Assembly: GCA_030603445.1 (NCBI GenBank)
Contig: JAUVXU010000008.1
Coordinates: 16,770 to 80,769 of the forward strand
Source of the DNA: Methanomicrobia archaeon
Lineage (GTDB): Archaea > Methanobacteriota_B > Thermococci > Methanofastidiosales > NM3
Reading direction: 5' to 3'
DNA length: 64,000 bases
The notes under the pieces were generated by a model. The model saw only the letters and a program-made list of their open reading frames with translations, made no database searches and was not told where the DNA came from. Positions 51,243 through 62,182 of this stretch are shown piece by piece (the first letter of the stretch is position 1; the number at the start of each line of letters is the position of its first letter). The position numbers were made by a program, and so were the translations under genes.

Positions 51243-52430
51243 ATGACAGAAAAGCTATACTTTATAGACAGTTACAATCTTGAGTTTGAATCTCCGATTA
51301 TCTCAATTTTAGAAAATGGCAAAGTATCTGAAATAATCCTTGAAAAAACTTGCTTTTATCCTGCATCTGGAGGACAACCTGCAGACATTGGCCACATAAA
51401 TGGGTGCCCAGTTGTTGACGTGCGTATAGAAAACGGAAAAATCATACATACAATTGAAGGAATTATTAATGGAAATGTTGTCCAGGGGATTGTAGATAAG
51501 AAAAGGCGTCTTGATAATATGCAGCAGCACACCGGCCAACATATTATCTCCCAGATTATTTTTCGATTATATGGAAAAAACACAGAATCATTGCATATAG
51601 GAAGAAAAATATCAACAATTGATATTCCTATAGAAAATTTATCTGAAGACGACATCTGTTCTATCGAAGATAAATCAAATAACATAGTCAATATGAATAT
51701 ACCCGTAATAATATATACAGCAAATAATGCTAGTGACCCTACCTACAGAAAAAAATCTGGGCTCAAGGGAGATATTCGTATCGTTGAGATAAAGAATTTT
51801 GATAAGACCCCTTGTGGAGGAACGCACTGTAGATCAACTAGCGAAGTGGGATTAATAAAGATACCAAACTATTACAAAAAAGGGGCACTTTGGAGAATTG
51901 AATTTATATGCGGAATGCGTTGCCTTAAACGGATGCAAGACCTCGAGAGCATATTACGTTTGGTTGTTGCAGACCTTATGGTGCCTGAAAAACATATAAC
52001 ATCTGCAATAAAGGAAAAGCTCGACGAAATGAAACGCTTGGCCAAACAAAATGAGCTTTTGACGCAAAGATTAGCTGCTCTTGAACTTGATCAAATTAGA
52101 AAAGAGGGCATCATCCATAAAGGATGTACCATTATTGCAAAACAGCTGAATGATGCGGCAGTTGCACAAGCAATGGCAAAGATAGTGCCAGATAGCCCAA
52201 AGACCATTCTTCTTACAGGATTTATCACAAAAAAAGGCGCTACCCTGTTATTTGCATGTTCGAAAGATAGCGGCATGTGTGCAGATAAGCTTCTCAAAGT
52301 TGCACTTCCAATAATAGATGGAAAGGGGGGAGGAAATCCTTATGTTGCTACTGGTTCAGGTCCTAACCAAAAATTCTTGAAAGCCGCACTAGACTCTGCA
52401 ATACGATACATTGAGGAGGGTCCTTGCTGA
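51243..52430 (+). CDS. alaX: Free-standing alanyl-tRNA editing protein (AlaX-L with DHHA1)
   Basis: LYFIDSY, FYPASGGQPAD, QQHTGQH, CGGTH, GKGGG. Confidence 0.9.
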   Translation: MTEKLYFIDSYNLEFESPIISILENGKVSEIILEKTCFYPASGGQPADIGHINGCPVVDVRIENGKIIHTIEGIINGNVVQGIVDKKRRLDNMQQHTGQHIISQIIFRLYGKNTESLHIGRKISTIDIPIENLSEDDICSIEDKSNNIVNMNIPVIIYTANNASDPTYRKKSGLKGDIRIVEIKNFDKTPCGGTHCRSTSEVGLIKIPNYYKKGALWRIEFICGMRCLKRMQDLESILRLVVADLMVPEKHITSAIKEKLDEMKRLAKQNELLTQRLAALELDQIRKEGIIHKGCTIIAKQLNDAAVAQAMAKIVPDSPKTILLTGFITKKGATLLFACSKDSGMCADKLLKVALPIIDGKGGGNPYVATGSGPNQKFLKAALDSAIRYIEEGPC

Positions 52431-53590
52431 CAAGCCAAAAAAATGTTCTTTTGATTTCATCACTAGCCCATGCCTACAGCCATGCCTGCATGCTGTCAAT
52501 ACCGCCAATTCTGTTGCTAATAAAATATGAATTCTCACTAAATTTTACGATGCTCTCACTTGTGGTTGCCGGATCCGGACTCCTGTTTGGCATTGGTGCC
52601 CTGCCTTTTGGAGCGCTCTCAGACAAGATTGGCCCTATCAAAGTAAACATCATGGGTGTTGTACTAGCAATACTTTCATGTATTGGCATATACATTACAC
52701 ACGATATCTACTCGTTTGTAATATTTTTGCTCTTGCTCGGTCTTGCCTCAAGCACTTATCATCCATCTGCGTTCAAATTGATTTCTTGCCTCTTTTCAAA
52801 AAATATAGGACGAGCCTTTGGCATTAATGGTCTTATAGGGAGCTCTGGCCAAATATTAGCCCCCATTAGTTCTGCATTCATTGCTTACAAGTGGGGATGG
52901 AGGCCAGTGTTTTTGATGCTTGCCATAATGGGGATTATAACACTTCTATTTCTCCTTAGAACTTATAACTATAATATCAGCATCCCTAAAATTGCAGAAA
53001 AGCAAAAATTTAGAATCTCACGAGAAATAGTCCTCATACTTGCTATCTCAACGCTAGGGGGACTATCATATCGCAGCATCGTAACAATGCTTCCGGCATA
53101 TACATCGATAATTTATGGGAAAGATACGCTTCAGGCTGGTGCACTTGTAACCCTCATGTTAGTCACAGGCGGCATCTCTCAAGTAGTTGCCGGGGAAATA
53201 AATGACAGATATGGATCAATAAAACCCTTTCTTATAGCAACAATCATTTCATTTATAAGCATCGTAGTTATCATGATGAAGAATTATTCTTTTTTTATGA
53301 TGGGACTTGTTATATTTGGTTCAGCATACTTTGCCATTAACTTGTTTATCAACTCATTAATAGGCACAAATACACCACATATTCACAGAGGAAAAATATA
53401 TGGCATAACCTTCTTCACACGATTTGGGTTAGGATTCTTAGCACCAGTTATCGTAGGTATAGTAACAGATCTTTACTCAATAAGTTACCTCTTTCATATA
53501 GTGATAATATTTATGGCAATGCTCGTGCTGCTTACAATGTACCTTTACCGTAACTCTTATCATGTGCCATGTCGCCAGGAAGATAAGTAG
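52424..53590 (+). CDS. MFS transporter
   Basis: About 12 TMs; [13 protein letters not shown]. Confidence 0.9.
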   Translation: MLTSQKNVLLISSLAHAYSHACMLSIPPILLLIKYEFSLNFTMLSLVVAGSGLLFGIGALPFGALSDKIGPIKVNIMGVVLAILSCIGIYITHDIYSFVIFLLLLGLASSTYHPSAFKLISCLFSKNIGRAFGINGLIGSSGQILAPISSAFIAYKWGWRPVFLMLAIMGIITLLFLLRTYNYNISIPKIAEKQKFRISREIVLILAISTLGGLSYRSIVTMLPAYTSIIYGKDTLQAGALVTLMLVTGGISQVVAGEINDRYGSIKPFLIATIISFISIVVIMMKNYSFFMMGLVIFGSAYFAINLFINSLIGTNTPHIHRGKIYGITFFTRFGLGFLAPVIVGIVTDLYSISYLFHIVIIFMAMLVLLTMYLYRNSYHVPCRQEDK

Positions 53591-54786
53591 TCCTCCTGTT
53601 CGGGCGTTAGAACATCTATAGACATAGACTCAGATTCCAGTTTCATCCTGGCAACGCTTTTGTCTATATATTCTGGAACAGGATATACGCGTTTTTCAAG
53701 ATGTGCTAAAAGCAAGTACTCGGCCGATAATAGTTGAAGTGCAAAACTCATATCCATAATCTCTGCAGGATGGCCATCAGCACATGCTAAGTTCACCAAT
53801 CTGCCTTCACCAAGAACATGCAGCCATGAGTCATCTAAACGGTAACTGGTGATATTTGTACGAGCAATACGCTTTTCCTTTGAGATCTCTTCAAGTCCGG
53901 CAACGTCTACCTCAACATCAAAATGCCCCGCGTTAGCTAAGATAGCCCCATCTTTCATTAGTTTGAAATGGTCTTTGGTAATAACATTGTTGCACCCTGT
54001 GGCTGTGATGAATATATCTCCCCTCACTGCCGCATCTTTCATAATCATCACCCTAAATCCATCCATATGCGCCTCTATTGCTTTTATTGGATCCACTTCC
54101 GTCACTATGATATTTGCACCCATGCCCTTGGCACGCATGGCAATTCCCCTGCCACACCACCCATATCCTGCAATGACAACTGTTTTTCCTGCTATAATTA
54201 GATTAGTGGTGCGCATAATGCCATCTAATGTAGACTGGCCTGTGCCATATCGGTTATCGAAAAGATATTTACAACAAGCATCATTAACAGCAATAGCGGG
54301 AAAACACAGAGCGCCTTCTCTTTCCATTGCATTTAGCCTAACTACCCCTGTTGTAGTCTCTTCACACAACCCCTTAACGTCTGGAAGAAGCTCTCTTCTA
54401 TGTGTATGAAGGGCATATGCAAGGTCTCCGCCATCATCAATTACCAAAGCTGGCGATATATCAAGTGTCTTGTTCAGATTTTCAAAATAATCCTCCGACG
54501 ACTGACCATACCTTGCATTCACTTTAACGCCACGATTTTTCAATGCGGCGGCAACATCGTCTTGTGTAGTAAGAGGATTACTGCCACATATAGATACTTT
54601 TGCACCTGCCTCATGCAATACAAATGCAGCAAAAGCTGTCTTTGCCTCAAGATGCAAACAACAAGCAACAGGTACCCCTTCAAATGGTCGCTCTTCCTTG
54701 AATCTTAGAAGCACTTTATTCACAACAGGCATATGGGACTCAACCCATTTCATCTTACGTTCTCCTGAAGCAATAACATCGTTCAT
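53560..54786 (-). CDS. ahcY: S-adenosyl-L-homocysteine hydrolase
   Basis: [50 protein letters not shown]. Confidence 0.96.
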   Translation of the reverse strand: MNDVIASGERKMKWVESHMPVVNKVLLRFKEERPFEGVPVACCLHLEAKTAFAAFVLHEAGAKVSICGSNPLTTQDDVAAALKNRGVKVNARYGQSSEDYFENLNKTLDISPALVIDDGGDLAYALHTHRRELLPDVKGLCEETTTGVVRLNAMEREGALCFPAIAVNDACCKYLFDNRYGTGQSTLDGIMRTTNLIIAGKTVVIAGYGWCGRGIAMRAKGMGANIIVTEVDPIKAIEAHMDGFRVMIMKDAAVRGDIFITATGCNNVITKDHFKLMKDGAILANAGHFDVEVDVAGLEEISKEKRIARTNITSYRLDDSWLHVLGEGRLVNLACADGHPAEIMDMSFALQLLSAEYLLLAHLEKRVYPVPEYIDKSVARMKLESESMSIDVLTPEQEDYLSSWRHGT

Positions 54787-54884
54787 AATACCCCAATACA
54801 TTCAATACTTTTTAATGTTACCAATTATAAAGATTAAATGACAGCAAAATTTATAAACAAAGAATAATCCTTTTTTTTAGTACT

Positions 54885-54961
54885 GCCCCGATGGCTTAGC
54901 ATGGTATAGCGTCCGCTTGGTAAGCGGGAGATCGCGGGTTCAAATCCCGCCCGGGGCTCCA
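54885..54961 (+). tRNA. tRNA-Thr (GGT)
   Basis: Cloverleaf with TT-GGT-AA loop, GCGGG-TTCAAAT-CCCGC, CCA; A7.C66 mismatch. Confidence 0.92.
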
Positions 54962-55053
54962 TTATAAAACGCGCAAAAATAAATACTTAGTAAAGATGTA
55001 TCATTAAAAAACAGAAAACTTTTTATGGACCTTTAGATAGGATGTAACAATAT

Positions 55054-55131
55054 GCCCTGGTCGCCAAGCCTGGGAAGGCGCTAGACTGAAGATCTAGTAT
55101 TTCGCCGGTTCAAATCCGGCCCAGGGCACCA
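55054..55131 (+). tRNA. tRNA-Phe (GAA)
   Basis: GCCCTGG/CCAGGGC, CTAGA-CT-GAA-GA-TCTAG, A73, CCA. Confidence 0.93.
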
Positions 55132-55233
55132 ATTCTATGCTATTTTTCCTATACTGGAAAGAGATTATAATATTTTTTATAAAATAATATAGATATATTT
55201 TTATATTTGCAACTAATCCGTTATATTGATAAT

Positions 55234-57054
55234 ATGTCAACAAAAGATAAAAAATCAATAGGTGTAATGATAATCTTATTCTTATTGATACTTCTTCCTC
55301 TAATTATTCCTAGTGAGTATGTAAAAATATATGAAGACGCGTTGACATTATTCTTGCCTACTTTCGCTTTTGCCGTAGGATTCATTGTCTTAAACGCATA
55401 TATAAAAAAAGAAATGAAAGTATTGTTTAGCCTTCTAACATTAGCCCCCCTTATGTGGGCAATAGCGGAGTTTATGCGGTGGATTATAAATAAAGAAGGA
55501 GAATTTATTGCATACTCTCTATCCTTTGATTTGTTCTACACCATAGGCTTTATGTTTGTATTAAGTGCCCTTATCTATCATTACTATAAACAACCTGAAA
55601 AGCAATTAATTAAGCATACGATAATCACAATAACACTTGTAGGGGCATTTGCTGGAGTACTTGCATACTACCTTTTTGTTTTTAAATCATTCTCCTTTAA
55701 CGATTCAACGGTGCAGATAACATTAGCATATTTTGCTATAGATATATTCATACTCCTTTTTTCATTGCTTAATCTAGAACTTAATATCAAGAAAAGCACT
55801 TTCTCATTCTGGGTATGGATTGTTGCTTTTATTCTATTTACAATAGTGGGGGATTTAATATATGGTATAGGAGTATTAGACCTCACATACGCCCCCAATG
55901 GAATCTCTGATATACTGTTTAACTTCTCATATGGGTGCATTGTTATGGCTTTTCTTTTCAGTACTGGAGCAAAGTCTGCTAAGATAAAAGATGTAGAGGA
56001 ACGATACCTAACAATTTTCAATTACAGCGGTGCAGCAACGGTAATGGCTGATGAACACAACACAATCCTACTAGCCAACAATCAATTTATGGCTCTCACA
56101 AATTACCCTAAAGAAGAAATAATTGGTATAATGCACTGGCCAGATATAGTAGACGCCAAAGAAAGGAAATCTATACTACTCATGCTTAACAGGATGAAAA
56201 ATGTCGAGAGCACCAAACCCTTAACTAAAGACATTAAACTATATACAAAAAAAGGAAATGCCCTTTATTGTAACATTATTTTTAGTTTCATACCCCATAC
56301 CGATATTAAGGTTATAACAGTGGTTGATATAACAGAACGAAAGAAGCTCGAGGTTGAACTTAAAAAAATAAACGAAGATCTACAAAACTTCACCTTTACA
56401 GTTTCACACGATCTAAAAGAACCACTGCGCAATATATCTTCTCTCGCAACGTATCTTAAACGTGATTATGAAGATAAAATAGATGAAATGGGTGTGGAAT
56501 TCTTAAACACACTAGTATATTCAGTATCTACTATGTCAAAACTTGTCGAAGATCTCCTAACGCTTTCTAGAATCGGGAGGAAGAATGCAAATTTCAGTTT
56601 TGTGGAGCTTAATGAACTTATTGAAGAAATATTGCACGATCTAAGCAAAACTATTGAAGAAAAAAATGTTGTTATCAACTATGAAAAACTCCCCAAAGCA
56701 ATGGTACAGAAAACCTGGATGAAACAAGTATTCCAAAACCTTATAACAAATGCAATGAAGTTCAATGATTCTAAACAGCCAACAATAGATATTACTTGTA
56801 AAGATTTCGATTTTTATTATGAATTCATAGTAAAGGACAATGGAATAGGGATACAGGATAACTACAAGGAACGTATCTTCAAACTGTTCGAACAGTTGCA
56901 CCCCCGTGAAAGTTATGGTGGTACAGGCGCCGGACTCGCAATTGTAAAGAAAATTATTAAAGAGCATAAGGGGGATATTTGGGTAGAGGGAAAAGAAGGG
57001 GAGGGATCCACTTTCCACTTTACTATTGAAAAATTCTTTATTGGTGAACTGTGA
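55234..57054 (+). CDS. Membrane PAS-domain sensor histidine kinase
   Basis: Multi-TM N-terminus, PAS, SHDLKEPLR H-box, NLITNAMKF, DNGIGI, GTGAGL. Confidence 0.93.
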   Translation: MSTKDKKSIGVMIILFLLILLPLIIPSEYVKIYEDALTLFLPTFAFAVGFIVLNAYIKKEMKVLFSLLTLAPLMWAIAEFMRWIINKEGEFIAYSLSFDLFYTIGFMFVLSALIYHYYKQPEKQLIKHTIITITLVGAFAGVLAYYLFVFKSFSFNDSTVQITLAYFAIDIFILLFSLLNLELNIKKSTFSFWVWIVAFILFTIVGDLIYGIGVLDLTYAPNGISDILFNFSYGCIVMAFLFSTGAKSAKIKDVEERYLTIFNYSGAATVMADEHNTILLANNQFMALTNYPKEEIIGIMHWPDIVDAKERKSILLMLNRMKNVESTKPLTKDIKLYTKKGNALYCNIIFSFIPHTDIKVITVVDITERKKLEVELKKINEDLQNFTFTVSHDLKEPLRNISSLATYLKRDYEDKIDEMGVEFLNTLVYSVSTMSKLVEDLLTLSRIGRKNANFSFVELNELIEEILHDLSKTIEEKNVVINYEKLPKAMVQKTWMKQVFQNLITNAMKFNDSKQPTIDITCKDFDFYYEFIVKDNGIGIQDNYKERIFKLFEQLHPRESYGGTGAGLAIVKKIIKEHKGDIWVEGKEGEGSTFHFTIEKFFIGEL

Positions 57055-57482
57055 TGCCAAGAGAAGGGATTCTTATCATAGACGACAATGTGACAGACGG
57101 ATTTGTCATTAAAAGAACTTTATCATCTTTAACGCATGAAGAAATTACGATAGCACGCAATGGATTAGAAGCACTCTCGTTCTTTTCCCAAAGACTCAAA
57201 GGTGAAGAAGGAAGTGCCTTGCCGAGATTAATTACACTAGATCTCAATATGCCTAAGATGAATGGTTTTGAAGTTCTTGAACGCATTAAAAAAAACTCAC
57301 AAACCAAAGATATCCCTATTATCATACTAACATCATCACAACTATCTGAAGAAGTAAAGCGCTCATACTATCTCGGGGCAAATAGCTATATTGTAAAACC
57401 TACAGATCATGATGAATTTGAAAAAATAATAGGATATATGTATAATTACTGGTTTGTATTCTCAAAAATACCATTGGAATGA
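57054..57482 (+). CDS. Single-domain response regulator (Rcp1-like)
   Basis: IIDDN, LDLNMPKMNG, LTSS, GANSYIVKP. Confidence 0.93.
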   Translation: MPREGILIIDDNVTDGFVIKRTLSSLTHEEITIARNGLEALSFFSQRLKGEEGSALPRLITLDLNMPKMNGFEVLERIKKNSQTKDIPIIILTSSQLSEEVKRSYYLGANSYIVKPTDHDEFEKIIGYMYNYWFVFSKIPLE

Positions 57483-58168
57483 GAAATATGGAAAAAGAAA
57501 ACAACGAAGGCCCACGAATACTATATGTAGAAGATAATAGTACAGATGTTTTAATAATGAAAAGATTGCTTGAGGGCATTTTTCCCCAGGGATACGAACT
57601 AACAAATACACCTATTGGGTCAACAGGTATGTCCAAAGTAAAAAACGAATACTATGACTTTGTTATTCTTGACTATAAATTGCCTCGTATGACGGGACTA
57701 GAAATATTAGAACAAATGAAAAAAGAGAGTATAGATATACCTGTTATTTTTGTTACGGGACAAGGCGATGATGAGATAGCTGTCAAAGCACTTAAGATGG
57801 GTGCATATGATTACTTAATAAAAGGAAATCTTGATTCAAAGGAATCCAAACTCTCCATTCTAGAATTATGGAACCTTATTACTTATATGAAAAGGGACAC
57901 CGGCGCGGACCTTCTATCCAGCCTTACCCAGAAAAGAACAACTTTTGATGTTATCTCCGACATACTGCAAAACTCACTTTATGGTATTGGGAAAACGACA
58001 CTTGTCTTCAAATCGAACATGAACTTTAAACGAATAGAAAAATATTTAGCATTCCTTATAGCAAAAGGATTTCTACATCACGACCCCGATGAACAATACA
58101 CAACAACAGAAGATGGGAAAAAACTTATAAAAGCGATAATTGAGCTAAAAGCGCTTTTGAATAAATAA
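57479..58168 (+). CDS. Response regulator fused to an archaeal winged-HTH domain
   Basis: YVEDN, LDYKLP, GAYDYLIK; C-terminal KRTTFDVISDIL...KTTLVFKSNMNF...YTTTEDG. Confidence 0.88.
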   Translation: MRNMEKENNEGPRILYVEDNSTDVLIMKRLLEGIFPQGYELTNTPIGSTGMSKVKNEYYDFVILDYKLPRMTGLEILEQMKKESIDIPVIFVTGQGDDEIAVKALKMGAYDYLIKGNLDSKESKLSILELWNLITYMKRDTGADLLSSLTQKRTTFDVISDILQNSLYGIGKTTLVFKSNMNFKRIEKYLAFLIAKGFLHHDPDEQYTTTEDGKKLIKAIIELKALLNK

Positions 58169-58248
58169 AAAATCTGCTTTTTTCCCTTGACTAAATATCA
58201 TTCAAAAATAATCATTGCAAACCATATGAAGATACGTAATAAAAAAAG

Positions 58249-58422
58249 TGGTGGGGACGGCGGGATTCGAACCCGAGTCCACGGGTTTCTCCGATTTCGC
58301 ACTGTTTTGTGCGCGCTCCATAAATTCTTCATCCGCAAGCTTTTGATATGCGTCTGTAAACCCGTAGTATTAATCTATTTATCTCTGGAGCCCATGATGA
58401 TAGGCCTCTACACTACGTCCCC
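58249..58422 (-). tRNA. tRNA-Trp (CCA) with a 98-nt intron at 37/38 (58287-58384)
   Basis: GGGGACG/CGTCCCC acceptor; GGG-CTCC-AGA / GGAG-AAA-CCC bulge-helix-bulge; TTCGAAT; CCA. Confidence 0.93.
58287..58384 (-). ncRNA. Intron-encoded box C/D-type guide RNA (partly degenerate)
   Basis: ACGGGTTT is antisense to the exon-2 junction and followed by CAGA (D'); ATGAAGA (C'); TGGAGC is antisense to the anticodon loop. Confidence 0.65.
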
Positions 58423-58465
58423 TTGTACAAAAATAAAATATGAACAAAGTTTTTAAGTTTTTCCC

Positions 58466-59416
58466 TCATATGCAAAGTCTTCCCGGGACTTTAGGAAATG
58501 GCGCCGCATCCTCGATTCTTTTGAAACCACATATATAGCGAACTAACCTTTCAATACCTATGCCAAACCCTGCTGATGGAACTAAACCCCTAGAAGCCAT
58601 CTCAAGAAGAATAGAATAATCCTCCACATCTTGTTTCTTTTTGTTTATCCTATCTACAATTCTATCATGAGAGTACTCTCTCTCCCCGCCAGATAATGCT
58701 TCACCAAATCCTTCAGGATATATTAAATCCATATCTAACAATATGCCTGGTTGTTCTGGATCTTCTTTATCATAGAATTCTCTAGCGTCAAGAGGGATAT
58801 CTATTAACCAGATAGGCTCATCATTATCGATAGATAAAGCGTCCTCAAAATCTGAACCATATTGTGCTTCTGCATCCAAATAACTAATTTTTTTGAATGG
58901 TGCACGAGGTGTTTTCAAATTACGTCCTAGTTCCTTTAGCTCATTTTGCAAATGCTCATTGCAATACTGCATAAGTCCAACATGCATGCGCTCCATTAAG
59001 CCCATGACATCTTCGCGTGTTGCATCTTTTACTTCAAGATCTAATTGGGTAAACTCAAATAGATGTCTTCCACTATCTGCTTTTTCCTCGCATTCAAAAC
59101 GAAGGTTTGGCGAAAAGCAGAATATTTTTGAATTAGCCAATAAAGCTAACTGTTTATGGAATATCATCGACTTTGTAAGCTGGTATTGATGCCCATAACA
59201 TGATAGAACCGGATCTAAGGTAGGATGGTTCAAAGGATCTGTTATGGGGGATAAGATAACAGGGGGAATTTCGATAAAGTTCTCCTCAAACAAAAAATTT
59301 CCCAGATATCTTCGTGCGTATGTGTGAACTTTTAAAGCGATGCCCATATTTTTTGAAGAAAGCCTTGTATAATAGTATTCAGAGGCTTTTTCTGTAAATT
59401 CATTGATTGTTATCAT
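58466..59416 (-). CDS. asnA: Archaeal asparagine synthetase A (AsnRS catalytic-core homolog)
   Basis: SPITDPL, LTKSMIFHKQ, SPNLRFE, RHLFEFTQLD, GEALSGGERE, GIGIERL; no anticodon-binding domain. Confidence 0.9.
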   Translation of the reverse strand: MITINEFTEKASEYYYTRLSSKNMGIALKVHTYARRYLGNFLFEENFIEIPPVILSPITDPLNHPTLDPVLSCYGHQYQLTKSMIFHKQLALLANSKIFCFSPNLRFECEEKADSGRHLFEFTQLDLEVKDATREDVMGLMERMHVGLMQYCNEHLQNELKELGRNLKTPRAPFKKISYLDAEAQYGSDFEDALSIDNDEPIWLIDIPLDAREFYDKEDPEQPGILLDMDLIYPEGFGEALSGGEREYSHDRIVDRINKKKQDVEDYSILLEMASRGLVPSAGFGIGIERLVRYICGFKRIEDAAPFPKVPGRLCI

Positions 59417-59520
59417 AAGGGGCTAAATTATAAATTTCTATTTATATCTTTCGTCTTTTATTATGTCATAGTGTAATATAATAGTAAAATTTATATATAT
59501 GATTACGACAAAATGAAAAT

Positions 59521-59973
59521 ATGGAAACAAAACTATACGACGAAAAGGATTTAAGAATACTTGAAGCGCTAAAAAAAGATGGCAGGAAACCAACTTCAAA
59601 ACTTTCTAAGGAACTTGGAATACCAAGAGTGACCATACACCAACGCATAAACAAGATGATTGCAAATGGAATTATAAAAAAATTCACTGTGCGACCAGAC
59701 TATACAAAACTCAAAAAACCTGTAACTGCATTCGTACTCATTTCATTTATATCTAATCCCAAAGTAAGCCAAAGAGAGCTTGCATCAAAAATAGCCTTAA
59801 TGGGTGGCGTAGAAGAATTATTCATAATATCTGGTGAATGGGACTTAATATTAAAGGTCAGGGCCAAATCTGCAGAAGATGTAGGGTCATTGATAATAGA
59901 CAAATTACGAACCTTTGAGGGTGTAGGAAAAGCAACAACCTGTATAAGCTTTAGTGCTGTAAAGGAAGAATAA
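59521..59973 (+). CDS. Lrp/AsnC transcriptional regulator (divergent from asnA)
   Basis: DEKDLRILEALKKDGR HTH; ISGEWDLILKV. Confidence 0.93.
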   Translation: METKLYDEKDLRILEALKKDGRKPTSKLSKELGIPRVTIHQRINKMIANGIIKKFTVRPDYTKLKKPVTAFVLISFISNPKVSQRELASKIALMGGVEELFIISGEWDLILKVRAKSAEDVGSLIIDKLRTFEGVGKATTCISFSAVKEE

Positions 59974-59982
59974 CAAAACAAT

Positions 59983-60993
59983 TTATTTTTCTTTTTCATT
60001 TTCTTTTGAATCTTCTGTTTTTATTATTGTGTGATAATATACATTCTTTCCATCTAATATGAAGTATATCTCCTTATTTTGATCCAAAATAACTCTTTTC
60101 CTATAGTCAATAGCTATGTCCACTAAATCCTTTAGTTCAGGTATGAATATCTCTTTGTCCCACTTCCCTTTAGGATATGTTCCAATGCTAATCCAATCGT
60201 GGAATTTTTTATCTTCATCTTTACTTCCTTTGGTGTAGATGAAAAATCCAACGAGAACTATAACACAAGCCACGATAACTCCAATAGGGATAAGTAAATC
60301 ATTGAAAGTTTTCCTTCGTTCAATGATTTGTGACGTGAAATAGCTTTTTGTTGTTGGTGTAGGATTCTGTGAAACATCAAATGCATAGTAGTCGTTTCCA
60401 AAAACTACGGGTAATTCATATATCTCCCTCCCCTCAAAAGGAGTAGAGGAAATGGAACCCTGGTAATCTACGCTCGTAATTATAACGCCATTACTTCGTC
60501 CAACAGACCTGCCAACGCTATCTGCTATTTCCTCGATTTTATCTCTTATGTCCCATGCATTTAATGTGAATGAGTCTGACATCTCCCATTTAGTTATATC
60601 AAAATGCTCCTTTGAGGAAAGGAAATATTTTTTCTCCCAAAATGGTATTCCATTTTCATTCGTCTCTGATAGTATGAGTTCTGTCTTAGTTGTGAAGAAT
60701 ATTGTTGCGTCAGATGTTGTGGGTTCAAACTCAAAGATAAATGAGATTGTTGAAATTGGAGATATTGTGTAAAAATAACCCGCCATAGAGGAGAGCTGTG
60801 TTCCTAAAGGGTAAAGCGGATTGTCCTCCTGAACTGTAGAGTATTGCTCATAACACCCATTGTACGAGAAAGCATAATCCAATACATTCTGATGTTCAGT
60901 GATGGGTTTAGTGTATTCTAGATAGGTCCACGCAAACGATGCTATTAAAGCAATTATTATAATTACAACAAAAGTCACGCCCTTATTATTCAT
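59983..60993 (-). CDS. DUF5305-like two-TM membrane protein
   Basis: N- and C-terminal TMs; NPLYPLG, FWEK, DWISIG, LKDLVDIAID..KRV. Confidence 0.75.
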   Translation of the reverse strand: MNNKGVTFVVIIIIALIASFAWTYLEYTKPITEHQNVLDYAFSYNGCYEQYSTVQEDNPLYPLGTQLSSMAGYFYTISPISTISFIFEFEPTTSDATIFFTTKTELILSETNENGIPFWEKKYFLSSKEHFDITKWEMSDSFTLNAWDIRDKIEEIADSVGRSVGRSNGVIITSVDYQGSISSTPFEGREIYELPVVFGNDYYAFDVSQNPTPTTKSYFTSQIIERRKTFNDLLIPIGVIVACVIVLVGFFIYTKGSKDEDKKFHDWISIGTYPKGKWDKEIFIPELKDLVDIAIDYRKRVILDQNKEIYFILDGKNVYYHTIIKTEDSKENEKEK

Positions 60994-61030
60994 ATTATTC
61001 ACCTTTAATACATATACATAAATTATGTTA

Positions 61031-62170
61031 TTAAATATTACTTGGTTTATTATGGCCTTTTGAAGGCTTTCTTTCTATTAATTTCATTTCATTTCTTAAT
61101 GTCACGAAAATTGGGATTGATAACACCAAAGCCAATAAATCCATTATAACTATAGGAAGATATTTGCTTTGTTCTCGTAATGTTGTTGTGGTATTGTACG
61201 GGAGTATGCCCATATATACATCCATAGAAATATATTCTTGGTAGTATCCTGAGGTCATCGGTGCTGTTACTTCGTACGCCACCCTTCTTGTCTCGCCATT
61301 ACGTAGTGTAAATGATGTAGTGGAAAGGCTTATAATAGAATCCCTGCCTTGTACAAAAACATGTATGGGCAGAAAACCTCTATTCTTTATATCTAAAAAC
61401 TGTTCAACAGTATCACCCAAATGCACTGCGCGAGTATTTGTAATTCCTTCAGTAGCTATTAGGTCCACTTTGTTAGATTGCGACATTGACATCATAGAAA
61501 CTGTTGTAGCAAATACTATGAAAATAATAAAAAACAAATATATTGCATATTGTGATTTAGCCACATTCTTAACTTCTCTGTTGTACTTTGATTCCTTCTT
61601 TTTCAATGAGAACAAATCTGTAACAATGGCTATAAACGACAACAAGCCAAAGCCGACAATTAGTTGTCCTAATCTATCACTACCAGGACTAACACCAATA
61701 AACAAAAATAATTTTGTGGCGAGTGAAGAAAGAAAATTTGAAAGAGAAAATATAATCGTTCCAAAGTAGGGAATAGTCACAATATTGCCATTGAACTGCA
61801 ACACTTTTCCTACGATCTGTTCACGTTTTACATAAGGTTCAGCATACGTCCCGCCTTGATCTGTGAACGTATTTTTATCCCCTTGTGTTATGAAACCTTG
61901 GGGCGTCTCGCCAACAATGCGATGCGTGAGAAATTTATATGGGTAATTTTCCGCATTGAATACAACAACATCTCCAACAGAGAACGAAGACACAAACTGC
62001 GAAGGGACTATAAAGAACCCGTCTCCCTCTTTTAGTTGTGGTTCCATTGATGATGTCTCTACATAAGATATACCAACAGGATACTGTAATAAGCCGCTAG
62101 CAATTACTGGAAAGAAGAAAAGAAGCAAAAGAACGTAAGCTAAGTCTTGTGCTGTCGAAGCTGCTTTCAT
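61031..62170 (-). CDS. Signal peptidase I (S26, SipW/Sec11-type) with extra TM/Ig C-terminal region
   Basis: YVETSSMEP (Ser), GDVVVF, THRIV (His), TQGDKN.FTDQ. Confidence 0.9.
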   Translation of the reverse strand: MKAASTAQDLAYVLLLLFFFPVIASGLLQYPVGISYVETSSMEPQLKEGDGFFIVPSQFVSSFSVGDVVVFNAENYPYKFLTHRIVGETPQGFITQGDKNTFTDQGGTYAEPYVKREQIVGKVLQFNGNIVTIPYFGTIIFSLSNFLSSLATKLFLFIGVSPGSDRLGQLIVGFGLLSFIAIVTDLFSLKKKESKYNREVKNVAKSQYAIYLFFIIFIVFATTVSMMSMSQSNKVDLIATEGITNTRAVHLGDTVEQFLDIKNRGFLPIHVFVQGRDSIISLSTTSFTLRNGETRRVAYEVTAPMTSGYYQEYISMDVYMGILPYNTTTTLREQSKYLPIVIMDLLALVLSIPIFVTLRNEMKLIERKPSKGHNKPSNI

Positions 62171-62182
62171 ATTTGCACCCGC

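Noticed and set aside
58187-58456. 89-aa ORF
   Set aside because: Antisense to the intron-containing tRNA-Trp.
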